From a virus (lineage: Duplodnaviria > Caudoviricetes), in IMG/VR virus record IMGVR_UViG_3300018933_000073: DNA of 24,963 nt; one strand, given 5' to 3'. The notes under the pieces were generated by a model. The model saw only the letters and a list, made by a program, of their open reading frames with translations, was not told the origin of the DNA and ran no database searches. Below are positions 7,467-15,321 of the stretch, one piece after another (the first letter of the stretch is position 1; every line of letters begins with the position of its first letter). Position numbers and translations under genes: made by a program.

Positions 7467-9766
7467 GCGGGGAACTCCACGATCAGCAGGCGGACGGAAG
7501 CGGCGGAGGCGGTGGATTGGGTGTAGGCCAGCCCGGTGACCGCGAGCTTTGTGGGCGCCACCTCCACCGGCACCCCCGAGCCGAGCGCGGCGCTGAGGTT
7601 GGGGAGCGTCAGGTGGCCGACATGCCGGGGGCTGTCGTCGCCGGCCCGGAACCGGTAGAGCGCGATCAGCGGGATGTCCGCCACGCTGCCCGACACGTTG
7701 TTCCGGCCGCCGAGGACGATCCCGCAATGGCCGCCGGACAGGCCGAACCGGCGAAGCGAATTTTCCCGGAGTATGAAGCCAGTGGCATGTCCGCCGGTGA
7801 CGGCCAGCGTGTTCCCGGTGACCGTCACCGCCTGGACGGTGTGGATGGGGTTGTTGTTGCTGTCGGTCGTCCCAAACGCCAGGAAGCCCTGTGCGGTCTG
7901 CGGGAAGTTGCCACCGTAGGCGTAGGACCACACACCGTAGAGGATGGGCCCGGCGGTCAGAGCGCCGCCGCTCTCGGTCAGCACGACGTGGCGGGACGGC
8001 GTGCCGGACGGGCCGCAATACGTGAGCAGCGCCCGGGTGCCATCAAGGGCGAAGAGGTTGGGCTGGAAACGGGTGGCGTCAAAGGTGGAGAACCACAGGA
8101 TCTCGATGCTGCCCGTCTCCACCGCGAGCACCGGACCGGCGGCCACGGCGGTCCCCGACACGGTGAAGCACACAGCACGCATCGCCGTCCCCGCCGCGTC
8201 CCGCCAGGCCACGAGGCTCTTGGTCGGGCCGAGCTGGCAGACCGGCAGGCCGGCGCCGCTGGTCGACGCCGCCGTGTCGTTGATCCCCACGCCCGTGCCC
8301 ACGGCGATTGTGGTGCCAGACACCGACAGCACCACGCCGCGGATCGAATAGGGCGAGCCCGCGGTGCCGCTGTCGTCCATGTACAGGGCCAGGGCGGTGG
8401 TGTCCGAGACACGGTGGACGGCGAGGGCCTGCTGACCGCCGGTCCCGACCACCTGCTGCGTGCCGATGCTCACGGCCGCGCCGCTGACGTTTGCACACCC
8501 CGCCAGGATGGCGCCCCCGCTGTTGCGGAGCGTCACGTAGAGCGTGGAGGTGAGCTGCGCGATCAGCGGGCGGCCGGCGTACGTCACGTCGCCCAGCCAT
8601 GTGATGGTTGTGCTCGCCGGTGTGCCCACGGCAATTGCACACGTGGCGGGATCCACGGTCAGCACCGCCGCCTTGTGGTTGCCACCCTGGATCCAGAACA
8701 CGACCGCCTGGGTATCGCTGATGCGGAAAGCGTGCGCCACCGTCGCGGCCCCCGCTGCCTCCACCGCCGTCCAGGTGCCCACCGCCACCGTGCCGGGCGT
8801 GGAGTCCACTGCCAGCGCCGCGAAGCCGGTCGCCGTGGCTCCGAAATGCAGGCTCAGCATGTCGGTCAGACGCACCGCCACGCCCACCACCCCGGTGATC
8901 GTGCCCGGCGCGGTGTGGTCCACCAGCACCAGCGCCGGCTCCAGCCCGCGCCCGGTGACCGTCCAGCCGCCCGCGGCGGTGGCGTTGTCGTCCAAGTGCA
9001 GTTCCGCCACCCCGCCGGCTGGCACCGCCGCCAGCAGGCCGCCGCCGTGCGCGCGGATGCCGAAGGCGCGGGTGCCCTTGTTGGCGATGACGAACTTCCG
9101 CCCGCCCTTTGACAGGCCGGTGGCGTCGGGCAGGGTCACGCTCTGCCCGGCCGCCGCCATGTTGACCGGCTGCACCACGGCCGAGGCGGCGGTGAGCGCG
9201 GTGGACGCGGTGATGGTCGCACCCGCCCCGCCGCCCAGGTCCACGGCGGGCACCGCGTCCCAGAACACGCCCGTTCCGTCGGTGCGCAGGTATTCGCCCG
9301 CGTTGCCGGCCGGGTTCGGCAGCGCGCCCGACAGGCCGGCGGCGGCGATCAGGGCGTTGACCTGGGCGGTGGTCAGGCTGGCCAGCCCGCAGTGGGTGCC
9401 GTCGCAGTAGACGGTGCCCTTGTCGCCGCCGGCCACCACCGCCCCGGTGCCGGCGGCGGTCCTGAAGGTGGCAGACCGGCCGGTGTTGTTGACCACCGTC
9501 CAGACCTTCTCCGTGCCGGGCACGGTGACGGTGAAGGGGGCGGCGGGCGTGCCGTTCAGCACCAGGACGGCCGATCGCTGCTGGTCGGCGGCGTAGTTGG
9601 TGGCGGACAGGGCGAAATCGCCGGTGACGGTGATGGGCGTGACACCCGCAATCGCCGCGTCGATCAGCGCCAGGGCGTTCTGGTTCAGCTTCTGGCCCCA
9701 GGTGTTCAGGCTTTCCCCCTGCCCCTGAAGCTCCAGGCGCAGGCGTGCGCTGGGCGTGCTCGGCAT
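7463..9766 (-). CDS. Tail fibre / receptor-binding protein (767 aa)
   Basis: N-terminal anchor MPSTPSARLRLELQGQGESLNTWG, VYCDGT and VTLPDAT motifs, A/G/T/V-rich repeated C-terminal domain; AGGGAG RBS. Confidence 0.8.
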   Translation of the reverse strand: MPSTPSARLRLELQGQGESLNTWGQKLNQNALALIDAAIAGVTPITVTGDFALSATNYAADQQRSAVLVLNGTPAAPFTVTVPGTEKVWTVVNNTGRSATFRTAAGTGAVVAGGDKGTVYCDGTHCGLASLTTAQVNALIAAAGLSGALPNPAGNAGEYLRTDGTGVFWDAVPAVDLGGGAGATITASTALTAASAVVQPVNMAAAGQSVTLPDATGLSKGGRKFVIANKGTRAFGIRAHGGGLLAAVPAGGVAELHLDDNATAAGGWTVTGRGLEPALVLVDHTAPGTITGVVGVAVRLTDMLSLHFGATATGFAALAVDSTPGTVAVGTWTAVEAAGAATVAHAFRISDTQAVVFWIQGGNHKAAVLTVDPATCAIAVGTPASTTITWLGDVTYAGRPLIAQLTSTLYVTLRNSGGAILAGCANVSGAAVSIGTQQVVGTGGQQALAVHRVSDTTALALYMDDSGTAGSPYSIRGVVLSVSGTTIAVGTGVGINDTAASTSGAGLPVCQLGPTKSLVAWRDAAGTAMRAVCFTVSGTAVAAGPVLAVETGSIEILWFSTFDATRFQPNLFALDGTRALLTYCGPSGTPSRHVVLTESGGALTAGPILYGVWSYAYGGNFPQTAQGFLAFGTTDSNNNPIHTVQAVTVTGNTLAVTGGHATGFILRENSLRRFGLSGGHCGIVLGGRNNVSGSVADIPLIALYRFRAGDDSPRHVGHLTLPNLSAALGSGVPVEVAPTKLAVTGLAYTQSTASAASVRLLIVEFPA

Positions 9767-10066
9767 GGCCGGCTCCCTTTTCAGTTGTCGGATTGTTGTG
9801 TTTGCGAAGGATTGGAACCGGACGATCACGGCCCGGCCGCGTCGTCGGTCACTTTGTTGGGGCGCCCACGGCTACCCTATGTCCAGGCTCAGGCCAGGAT
9901 GGCGCCGCCGGGATTGGGCCGGCATCGTGGCTGCGGCGTCCCGGTTTCTCCTGTTTCGTGCCAATGAAGAACGTGGTGGCACATCACGGCGCCCCGGTAC
10001 GGGCGGTCCTGTCGGTCTTCGTCCGGTGTGGACGGGTGTTCCGGCATCCCGGTGGCTCTTGCCGGC

Positions 10067-10840
10067 CTATCGCGGCCGCCCCCGCTTGTTCACCCGAGCC
10101 TTCCGGAAGGGGTGCTTGCCGGCGAGTATCAAACGCCTCTCCCGCAACTCCGCGGCCTCATCCTCAGCCGCCTCACCGCCACTTGCGCGCCGGCTCCTGT
10201 GATATCGGAACAGCCAAAGCCATTCCGCGATCAGCGCAGGCTCGCGTGCCAAAAGCCAGAAACGACGTGCGTAGCTCCGAGGCTTTCGCGCCAGGACCCG
10301 AAGCCTCTCTGTGAGGGGCCAGAGCCGTAGACGCCACCTCTCCCGGCGAGGCCAGTACGCCAGCCGCCACCGCGCGATCCTCAGCGCCCGCTCCGGCGTG
10401 TCGGCATGCCCGAAAGCCATGAAACCGCCGATGTCGTCCCAAGCCTGGTGACCGCGGGCGATATACCCCCTGCGCGTGGTCACCTGGGATTCGCGGTCCC
10501 GGCACGCCCAGACCGCTTGGTAGATGGAAAACCTTCCCACCTTCCGGACCAGACGCGCATCGAGCGTGACGTGGGGTCCCTCGTTGCCGCGACGCGGGTC
10601 GCCATACAGGAGGCCCGGCCCCTCCCGGCCCACCGCCTCCTCCCAGTTCGGCATGACGGAGACGTGGTAAATGGTCTGCGTCATCGGCCCGAATTCGGAA
10701 TTCACCTCCTGACGGGTGACATGCAGGCCAACCTGCTCCGGGCTGTGCACGATGGAGACGCGTATTTCACGCCCTCCCCCGCTGAGCCAGCGGACTCTGT
10801 CAATGACGCTGTCTTCCATCGTCCTGGCCGGCGTGCTCAT
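10067..10840 (-). CDS. Hypothetical protein (257 aa), paralog of 14117..14686
   Basis: Shared motifs VMP.W..AV.R.G...LYG, HVTLDARLV, RGYIARG, HADTPERAL..ARWRLAYW.RRER; GGAGG RBS; Arg-rich C-terminal extension. Confidence 0.75.
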   Translation of the reverse strand: MSTPARTMEDSVIDRVRWLSGGGREIRVSIVHSPEQVGLHVTRQEVNSEFGPMTQTIYHVSVMPNWEEAVGREGPGLLYGDPRRGNEGPHVTLDARLVRKVGRFSIYQAVWACRDRESQVTTRRGYIARGHQAWDDIGGFMAFGHADTPERALRIARWRLAYWPRRERWRLRLWPLTERLRVLARKPRSYARRFWLLAREPALIAEWLWLFRYHRSRRASGGEAAEDEAAELRERRLILAGKHPFRKARVNKRGRPR

Positions 10841-10984
10841 CCCGCGTCCCTCCCCGATCGTGCGTTGCCGGCCGGTGCCTTGGGCAAAGGCGCAACCCGA
10901 AGTAAATACATGGTCGGCATCCCGGTCCGACCCGCCCGTCATCGGGTGTTTGCCGGCACCGTCCCCGCCGGTCACTGCCCCCGA

Positions 10985-11219
10985 TCACCCGTCCTGTTCA
11001 GGCTCCCGTATGGGAGTGCGTCGGTTCACCCGGTACCCCCATTTGGTTGGCTTGCCGCCGCGGTAGGCGCGATAGTCCCTCAGGTCATCAGCCAATTCCT
11101 TCCTCTCCTCCGGCGTCAGGTTCCGCTGGCGGGAGGGTTTCGACTGCTCCGCATACCATTCCTCGAAGGTCATGGGACGCTTGTCGGCCGGCGTCTTGGG
11201 CAGGGGGGGCCGAACTCAT
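10985..11219 (-). CDS. Small candidate immunity gene copy 1; 5' end out of frame by +1 in a C7 run (62-aa ORF from 11173 intact)
   Basis: 50/62 identical to copy 2 from MTFEEWY by manual count; homologous ATG at 11219 is 46 nt upstream of the internal ATG versus 45 nt in copy 2. Confidence 0.65.
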
Positions 11220-11264
11220 TCGTGGACATTCCTGAGACCGTCAGCACGGCGCAACCTCTGGTGA

Positions 11265-11294
11265 ACCGTACCGCCCGAATGGCCGGGCCGCCAG
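11265..11294 (-). promoter_or_regulatory. Putative sigma70-type promoter of small gene copy 1
   Basis: CTGGCG-N18-TACGGT, aligned with the two other copies; GCCCG-N6-CGGGC inverted repeat in spacer. Confidence 0.45.
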
Positions 11295-11383
11295 TGCCCC
11301 GCTTGGTCCGCACAGGATCCGGCAGTCACTGCCCGGCGTGAAAGTGGGAGGTGTCGGCCAGGGCCGTTTTGCAGATCCCCCGT

Positions 11384-11617
11384 TCACCCATCCCGCTCAG
11401 GATCCCGTATAGGGATCCGCCGGTTAACCCGATACCCCCATTTGGTTGGCTTGCCAGCGTAGAAGGCGCGCAGATCCCTCAACTCCGCGGCCCACTCCTT
11501 CCTCTCCTCCGGCGTCAGATTCTGCTGGCGGGAGGGCTTCGATCGCTCGGCATACCATTCCTCGAACGTCATAAAGTCGTTGTTAGCCGGTGCCTTGGGC
11601 GGGGGGTCCGAACTCAT
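11384..11617 (-). CDS. Small candidate immunity gene copy 2 (77 aa, intact)
   Basis: MSSDPPPKAPANNDFMTFEEWYAERSKP...GKPTKWGYRVNRRIPIRDPERDG; GGAG RBS; first gene downstream of the peptidase-fusion gene. Confidence 0.75.
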   Translation of the reverse strand: MSSDPPPKAPANNDFMTFEEWYAERSKPSRQQNLTPEERKEWAAELRDLRAFYAGKPTKWGYRVNRRIPIRDPERDG

Positions 11618-11663
11618 TCGCAGGCACTCCATGCAGGCGGTCAATACGACGCGACATTTGGTA

Positions 11664-11693
11664 ATTATATTGTCCGAATGGCCGGACTGCCAG
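11664..11693 (-). promoter_or_regulatory. Putative sigma70-type promoter of small gene copy 2
   Basis: CTGGCA-N18-TATAAT (perfect -10); GTCCG-N6-CGGAC inverted repeat in spacer. Confidence 0.65.
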
Positions 11694-11747
11694 TGCTCTA
11701 TTTGACCAGCCCGGCATCCACATGGGCATCACTGTCCGTGTCCCAGC

Positions 11748-13574
11748 CTATCGGCCCATCTTGTCCAAATCCTGGTTGGCAATGAATTCCAACAGGCTCC
11801 TTTGATGGTTGCGCGGTTCCGCCCCGCCCAGGTAAGGGTCGAGCAGCCCCATCGGCGCGGCGCCGGTCGCCAAGGCAACGGGCGCCATGGTGTTGAATTG
11901 GATGATGCCAGAGATCTTGGGGTTGCGGTTCACGACCTTGCGGATCAGGGCCGCCGCCCTTGGTGCCTCATGCTTAAAATAACTGGGATTGGTCATGTAG
12001 GCGCGGATCCCCTCAGCCCATAGCTCCCGCGGGGCATCTTTCTTGGAGTATCCAAAGGTCTTCTCCGGCAGGGTCATCAATTCCCGCGGGACATTGTCTT
12101 CCAGCCGGCGCGAGGTGTTGTCCCCGAGTTGATGATAGACTTTTTCAAGTTCATCATTGATGTTCTTTGTCGGGATCTTAATTCCTCTGGCCAGCTGATC
12201 GATGACATGGCCGATCTCGTGTGCGTGGACACGCTTGGCTACATCTGGGGGCAATCCCTCACGGATGACAACTCGCGTGGGCCGGCGCGTGCGCACATTG
12301 TAATAGGTGGATCCTAGATCACCTTCGGGGATTTCCTCAATCTTGGTAGGTTTTCCCGTTCCCTCCTTCACAATGTCGTCAAATTCTTTCCAGTGGATGG
12401 GCTCGTCCGGTCCCTCTGCCACTCGGCGGCCAGCGATCCGTTGGGGACGGGCACGAAGCGGCCGCCCCTCAATGTCGTGGGTCAGGTTTCCGGCCCCGTC
12501 CCTACGCGCTCTGTGCGGGTAGTCGTCGGAAAAGGGCCGGGGTGGAAGCTCCGGCGGGTCGAAGATGCCATAGGAGTTGGAGGCGTGCGTCGGGGCGTGG
12601 CGCGCCCGCGAACCGGTACGGTCCGCCACGGCGCCAACAACCCGACCGCCCGCCGTTGCCGCGACCGGAGCCGCCCCGCCCAGCGCGCCGCCCACAACCG
12701 CACCAGTGGCCGCCCCCTCCAGCCGTGCGCCGATGCCCCCCTCGCCCCCGCCGAAGCCGGACAGCCCGCCCGCGCCCGCCCCCACGGTGGACGTGCGCGC
12801 GATCGTGCCGGGCAGGCTGGCGGCCCGGGTCGCCAGCCGGGCCATTCCCAGGCCCGGCATCAGGAACCCGCCCGCCACGTTGGCGATGGTGGAGGTCCAC
12901 GGATAATCGGCCTCGAACCCTTTCAGCCGGGCGCGGGACTCTTCAAGGGCGCGGTTGTAGTCGCCCCCGATGTCCAGTTCCTGCCCATTGGCCCAGCGTT
13001 TGAGCGTCGAGCCGACCAGCGAGCCGGCCGCACCGATCTCGTCCGAAAAGCCGAAGGTCAGCCCCTGAAGCACACTGTCGGTGACGCCGCCCACGTACCG
13101 CCCGGCCTCGCCGAAGCGGGACGAGCCTGACGGGCCGGAGGACGCCCCCTGTCCAGCCACACCGGTCGGGGCACCCGCGGGGGGCCGCATGGGATCGGCG
13201 GCAGGCGGCTCTGCCACTTGCGGGCCTGCGGCCACCGGATGGCTTGGCCCGGCCGTGTCGGCCCCGGCCTGCGGGGGGACGGCCCCGACGGGCATCGGGC
13301 CCGGCACGGGGCCGGGATCCCCGGCGTGTTCGCCATCCGCACCGGTGGCCGGCCCCCAACGGGTGCCCTCGGCATCGGTGGTTGCCCCGTCCCGGGTCAT
13401 GGCCTGGACCATGTCGAAGGCTTGGTCCTGGGTGTAGCGGCGGTCGTCGAAGACGACGGCGCCGGGCGGCAGATGCCCGGCGCCGATGGAGCCCCCCCGC
13501 AGGTTGAAGTATCCCCAGAGTTGACCGGTGCGCGTGTCGCGCATCGGATAGAAGTATCCTGTTGCTCGGGCCAT
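11748..13574 (-). CDS. Ejection-protein-like protein with C-terminal zincin-like metallopeptidase domain (608 aa)
   Basis: Pro-rich linker, LQGLTFGFSDEIGAAG motif and Gly/Ala-rich hydrophobic helices; then HAHEIGHVID (HEIGH at 12207-12221) and ELWAEGIRAYM; visibly lower GC over ~11750-12530; GGAAGGA RBS. Confidence 0.8.
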   Translation of the reverse strand: MARATGYFYPMRDTRTGQLWGYFNLRGGSIGAGHLPPGAVVFDDRRYTQDQAFDMVQAMTRDGATTDAEGTRWGPATGADGEHAGDPGPVPGPMPVGAVPPQAGADTAGPSHPVAAGPQVAEPPAADPMRPPAGAPTGVAGQGASSGPSGSSRFGEAGRYVGGVTDSVLQGLTFGFSDEIGAAGSLVGSTLKRWANGQELDIGGDYNRALEESRARLKGFEADYPWTSTIANVAGGFLMPGLGMARLATRAASLPGTIARTSTVGAGAGGLSGFGGGEGGIGARLEGAATGAVVGGALGGAAPVAATAGGRVVGAVADRTGSRARHAPTHASNSYGIFDPPELPPRPFSDDYPHRARRDGAGNLTHDIEGRPLRARPQRIAGRRVAEGPDEPIHWKEFDDIVKEGTGKPTKIEEIPEGDLGSTYYNVRTRRPTRVVIREGLPPDVAKRVHAHEIGHVIDQLARGIKIPTKNINDELEKVYHQLGDNTSRRLEDNVPRELMTLPEKTFGYSKKDAPRELWAEGIRAYMTNPSYFKHEAPRAAALIRKVVNRNPKISGIIQFNTMAPVALATGAAPMGLLDPYLGGAEPRNHQRSLLEFIANQDLDKMGR

Positions 13575-13818
13575 GATGCGGTCCTTCCCGGTGCGTGCGC
13601 CGTCCCGGCATGGGGTTCCGGCACCCGTGGCGCATGGGGTGCGGGTCTGTTGTGTGTGATGGTTCGTTTCGTGCCGGTCCGGCCGGACGCCGTGCCGGGG
13701 TGGAGCGCGGTCCACGGGGCGGAGCCGTGTGATCCACTGGCGCTTGGGCCAGAATTCTGGTTGTCCAGGAGATCACAGACACGGCCGATCTCAGGCCGTG
13801 GGCCGACCTTAGGGCCGG

Positions 13819-14076
13819 CTAGGCGGGAACATCACGGTGGCGCAAGGGAGCGGATGCCATGACACTTCGCGGAAAGCGGTCCCGCTGCCGGTGATCGTCA
13901 CCGGCGAAATCCCGCAACCTCCAATCGCCCGGCTTGCCGGTCAGGAGCGCAACTAAATCCATCGGATATCGGGCTGCTTCATCCGCAGCCCCGGTAACGG
14001 GTTCACCGGCGGGCATTCCCGTCGTTACTTTCACGTCATCCTCAACGATCTCACCGATCGGCCCCCCGAAAGGCAT
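13819..14076 (-). pseudogene. Possible relic fragment related to the start of the effector C-terminal domain
   Basis: AGEPVTGAADE...DLVALLTGKP resembles AGRRVAEGPDE...DIVKEGTGKP in 11748..13574; short match only, no clear RBS. Confidence 0.3.
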
Positions 14077-14116
14077 GCATGGCGCACAGTGCCGAGACAA
14101 CGCGGAGCGCAACCGA

Positions 14117-14686
14117 CTACGTGCGGTCGCCTTCGCGCCCGTTCCAAAACGGGGAGTAGCCAAGCTCCCGGCGCCGCCGCTCCCGGCGGGACCAGTACGC
14201 CAGCCGCCAGCGCGCCACCTTCAGCGCCCGCTCCGGCGTGTCGGCGTGCGCGAACGGCATCACAAAGCCGATCTCCCCCTCGTCCTTGCAGCCGCGGGCA
14301 ATGTAGCCCCTGTGCGCATCCACCCGGTATCCCCGCCCCGGGCGCGCCCAGATCGCGCGGTACACGGAAAAGCCCCCCTCCGTCCCGACAAGACGCGCGT
14401 CGAGGGTGACGTGGACCCGCTCCCAGCCACGGAACTGGTGGCCGTACAGGACGGCCAAGCCCCGCCGGTGCACGGCGTCGAGCCAGTCCGGCATGACGGC
14501 GACCTCGAGAACGGTGTGGTCGATGCGGCCGAAGAATTCCGAGGTGATCCTGGTGGACGACAGCGCAATGCCGACCTGCTCCAGGTCTTGCACGACGGAG
14601 ACACGCGTCTCGTGCGAGTTCCGCCTGGGGAGCCACCGGGCAGAACTGGCAACGTAATCTTCCAATGACCATGTCGGCGCTCTCAT
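14117..14686 (-). CDS. Hypothetical protein (189 aa), paralog of 10067..10840
   Basis: Aligns over its length with the first ~170 aa of the paralog; near-identical DNA at ~14192-14254 vs ~10352-10414. Confidence 0.75.
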   Translation of the reverse strand: MRAPTWSLEDYVASSARWLPRRNSHETRVSVVQDLEQVGIALSSTRITSEFFGRIDHTVLEVAVMPDWLDAVHRRGLAVLYGHQFRGWERVHVTLDARLVGTEGGFSVYRAIWARPGRGYRVDAHRGYIARGCKDEGEIGFVMPFAHADTPERALKVARWRLAYWSRRERRRRELGYSPFWNGREGDRT

Positions 14687-14854
14687 CTTTTCCGCCCTGA
14701 ATACATCGCTTCCATTCTCGAATACAGTGCGCCGCAAAGGTCTGGCCGCTTTCCATCCGGGCACAGGTCGTTTCGTGGCACGTCGTTTGTTGGGCCGCGG
14801 CGCTTCTACCTGTCACCGGGTGACGTGCCGGTCGTGTCCCGCGTCTGTCTTCCC

Positions 14855-14984
14855 CCGTCCGGTCCGGGTTCGCGTCGAGGGGGCCGCCGGTTGACCCGGT
14901 CCTTCCATTTGGTCGGCTTGCCAGCGCGGAGGGCGCGAAGATCCCTCAGGTCCTCGGCCCGTTCCTTCGTCTCCCTCCGGCGTC
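14855..14984 (-). pseudogene. Small candidate immunity gene copy 3, 5'-deleted and frameshifted
   Basis: TPE / ETKERAEDLRDLRALRAGKPTKWKDRVNRRPPRREP in a frame with no start codon; upstream 25 bp (14992-15016) identical to 11238-11262. Confidence 0.8.
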
Positions 14985-15018
14985 CGTCCGCCCGTCAGCA
15001 CGGCGCAACCTCTGGTAA

Positions 15019-15048
15019 ATCATACCCCCCGGAGGTTCGGGATGCCAG
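15019..15048 (-). promoter_or_regulatory. Putative sigma70-type promoter, third copy
   Basis: CTGGCA-N18-TATGAT; CCCG-N6-CGGG inverted repeat in spacer. Confidence 0.55.
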
Positions 15049-15077
15049 CACCGCCCGCGTGTCCCACCCGTACGTGG

Positions 15078-15317
15078 TCAGGCAACCACCGCCCGGTCGG
15101 GCCGGCGCCAGACGGCGCCGTCCGAATAGGCCGGGGTTGCCCCGCCCGCGTCATCGATCACATGGATCCAGGCCCCCCGGTACTGGGCCGCGTCGGGCAG
15201 ATCCGCCTTGGAAAAGGACGGCAGCGGGACCGGGGCGCGGCGGCGCTCCAGGTCGTTCACGGCGCGCGCCAGTTCGTGCGCCCAGGGCGGGGCGCCCGCG
15301 TCGATGGTCACCGGCAT
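15078..15317 (-). CDS. Small virion/tail-associated protein (79 aa)
   Basis: Short helix then LPSFSKADLPDAA...GATPAYSDGAVWRR, a motif recognised from phage tail accessory proteins; 4 nt after upstream stop. Confidence 0.6.
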   Translation of the reverse strand: MPVTIDAGAPPWAHELARAVNDLERRRAPVPLPSFSKADLPDAAQYRGAWIHVIDDAGGATPAYSDGAVWRRPDRAVVA

Positions 15318-15321
15318 GGCA

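Noticed and set aside
9767-10066. 300-bp gap upstream of the tail fibre as possible ncRNA or gene
   Set aside because: No convincing ORF, stable structure or recognisable RNA motif seen by eye
14813-15001. 62-aa ORF MLTGGRTPEG
   Set aside because: Wrong frame of the degraded small-gene copy 3; the homology lies in the neighbouring frame
10067-15048. Repeats as diversity-generating retroelement TR/VR or CRISPR array
   Set aside because: No reverse transcriptase or cas gene in the window; differences are not adenine-specific; repeats are gene-sized paralogs without repeat-spacer periodicity
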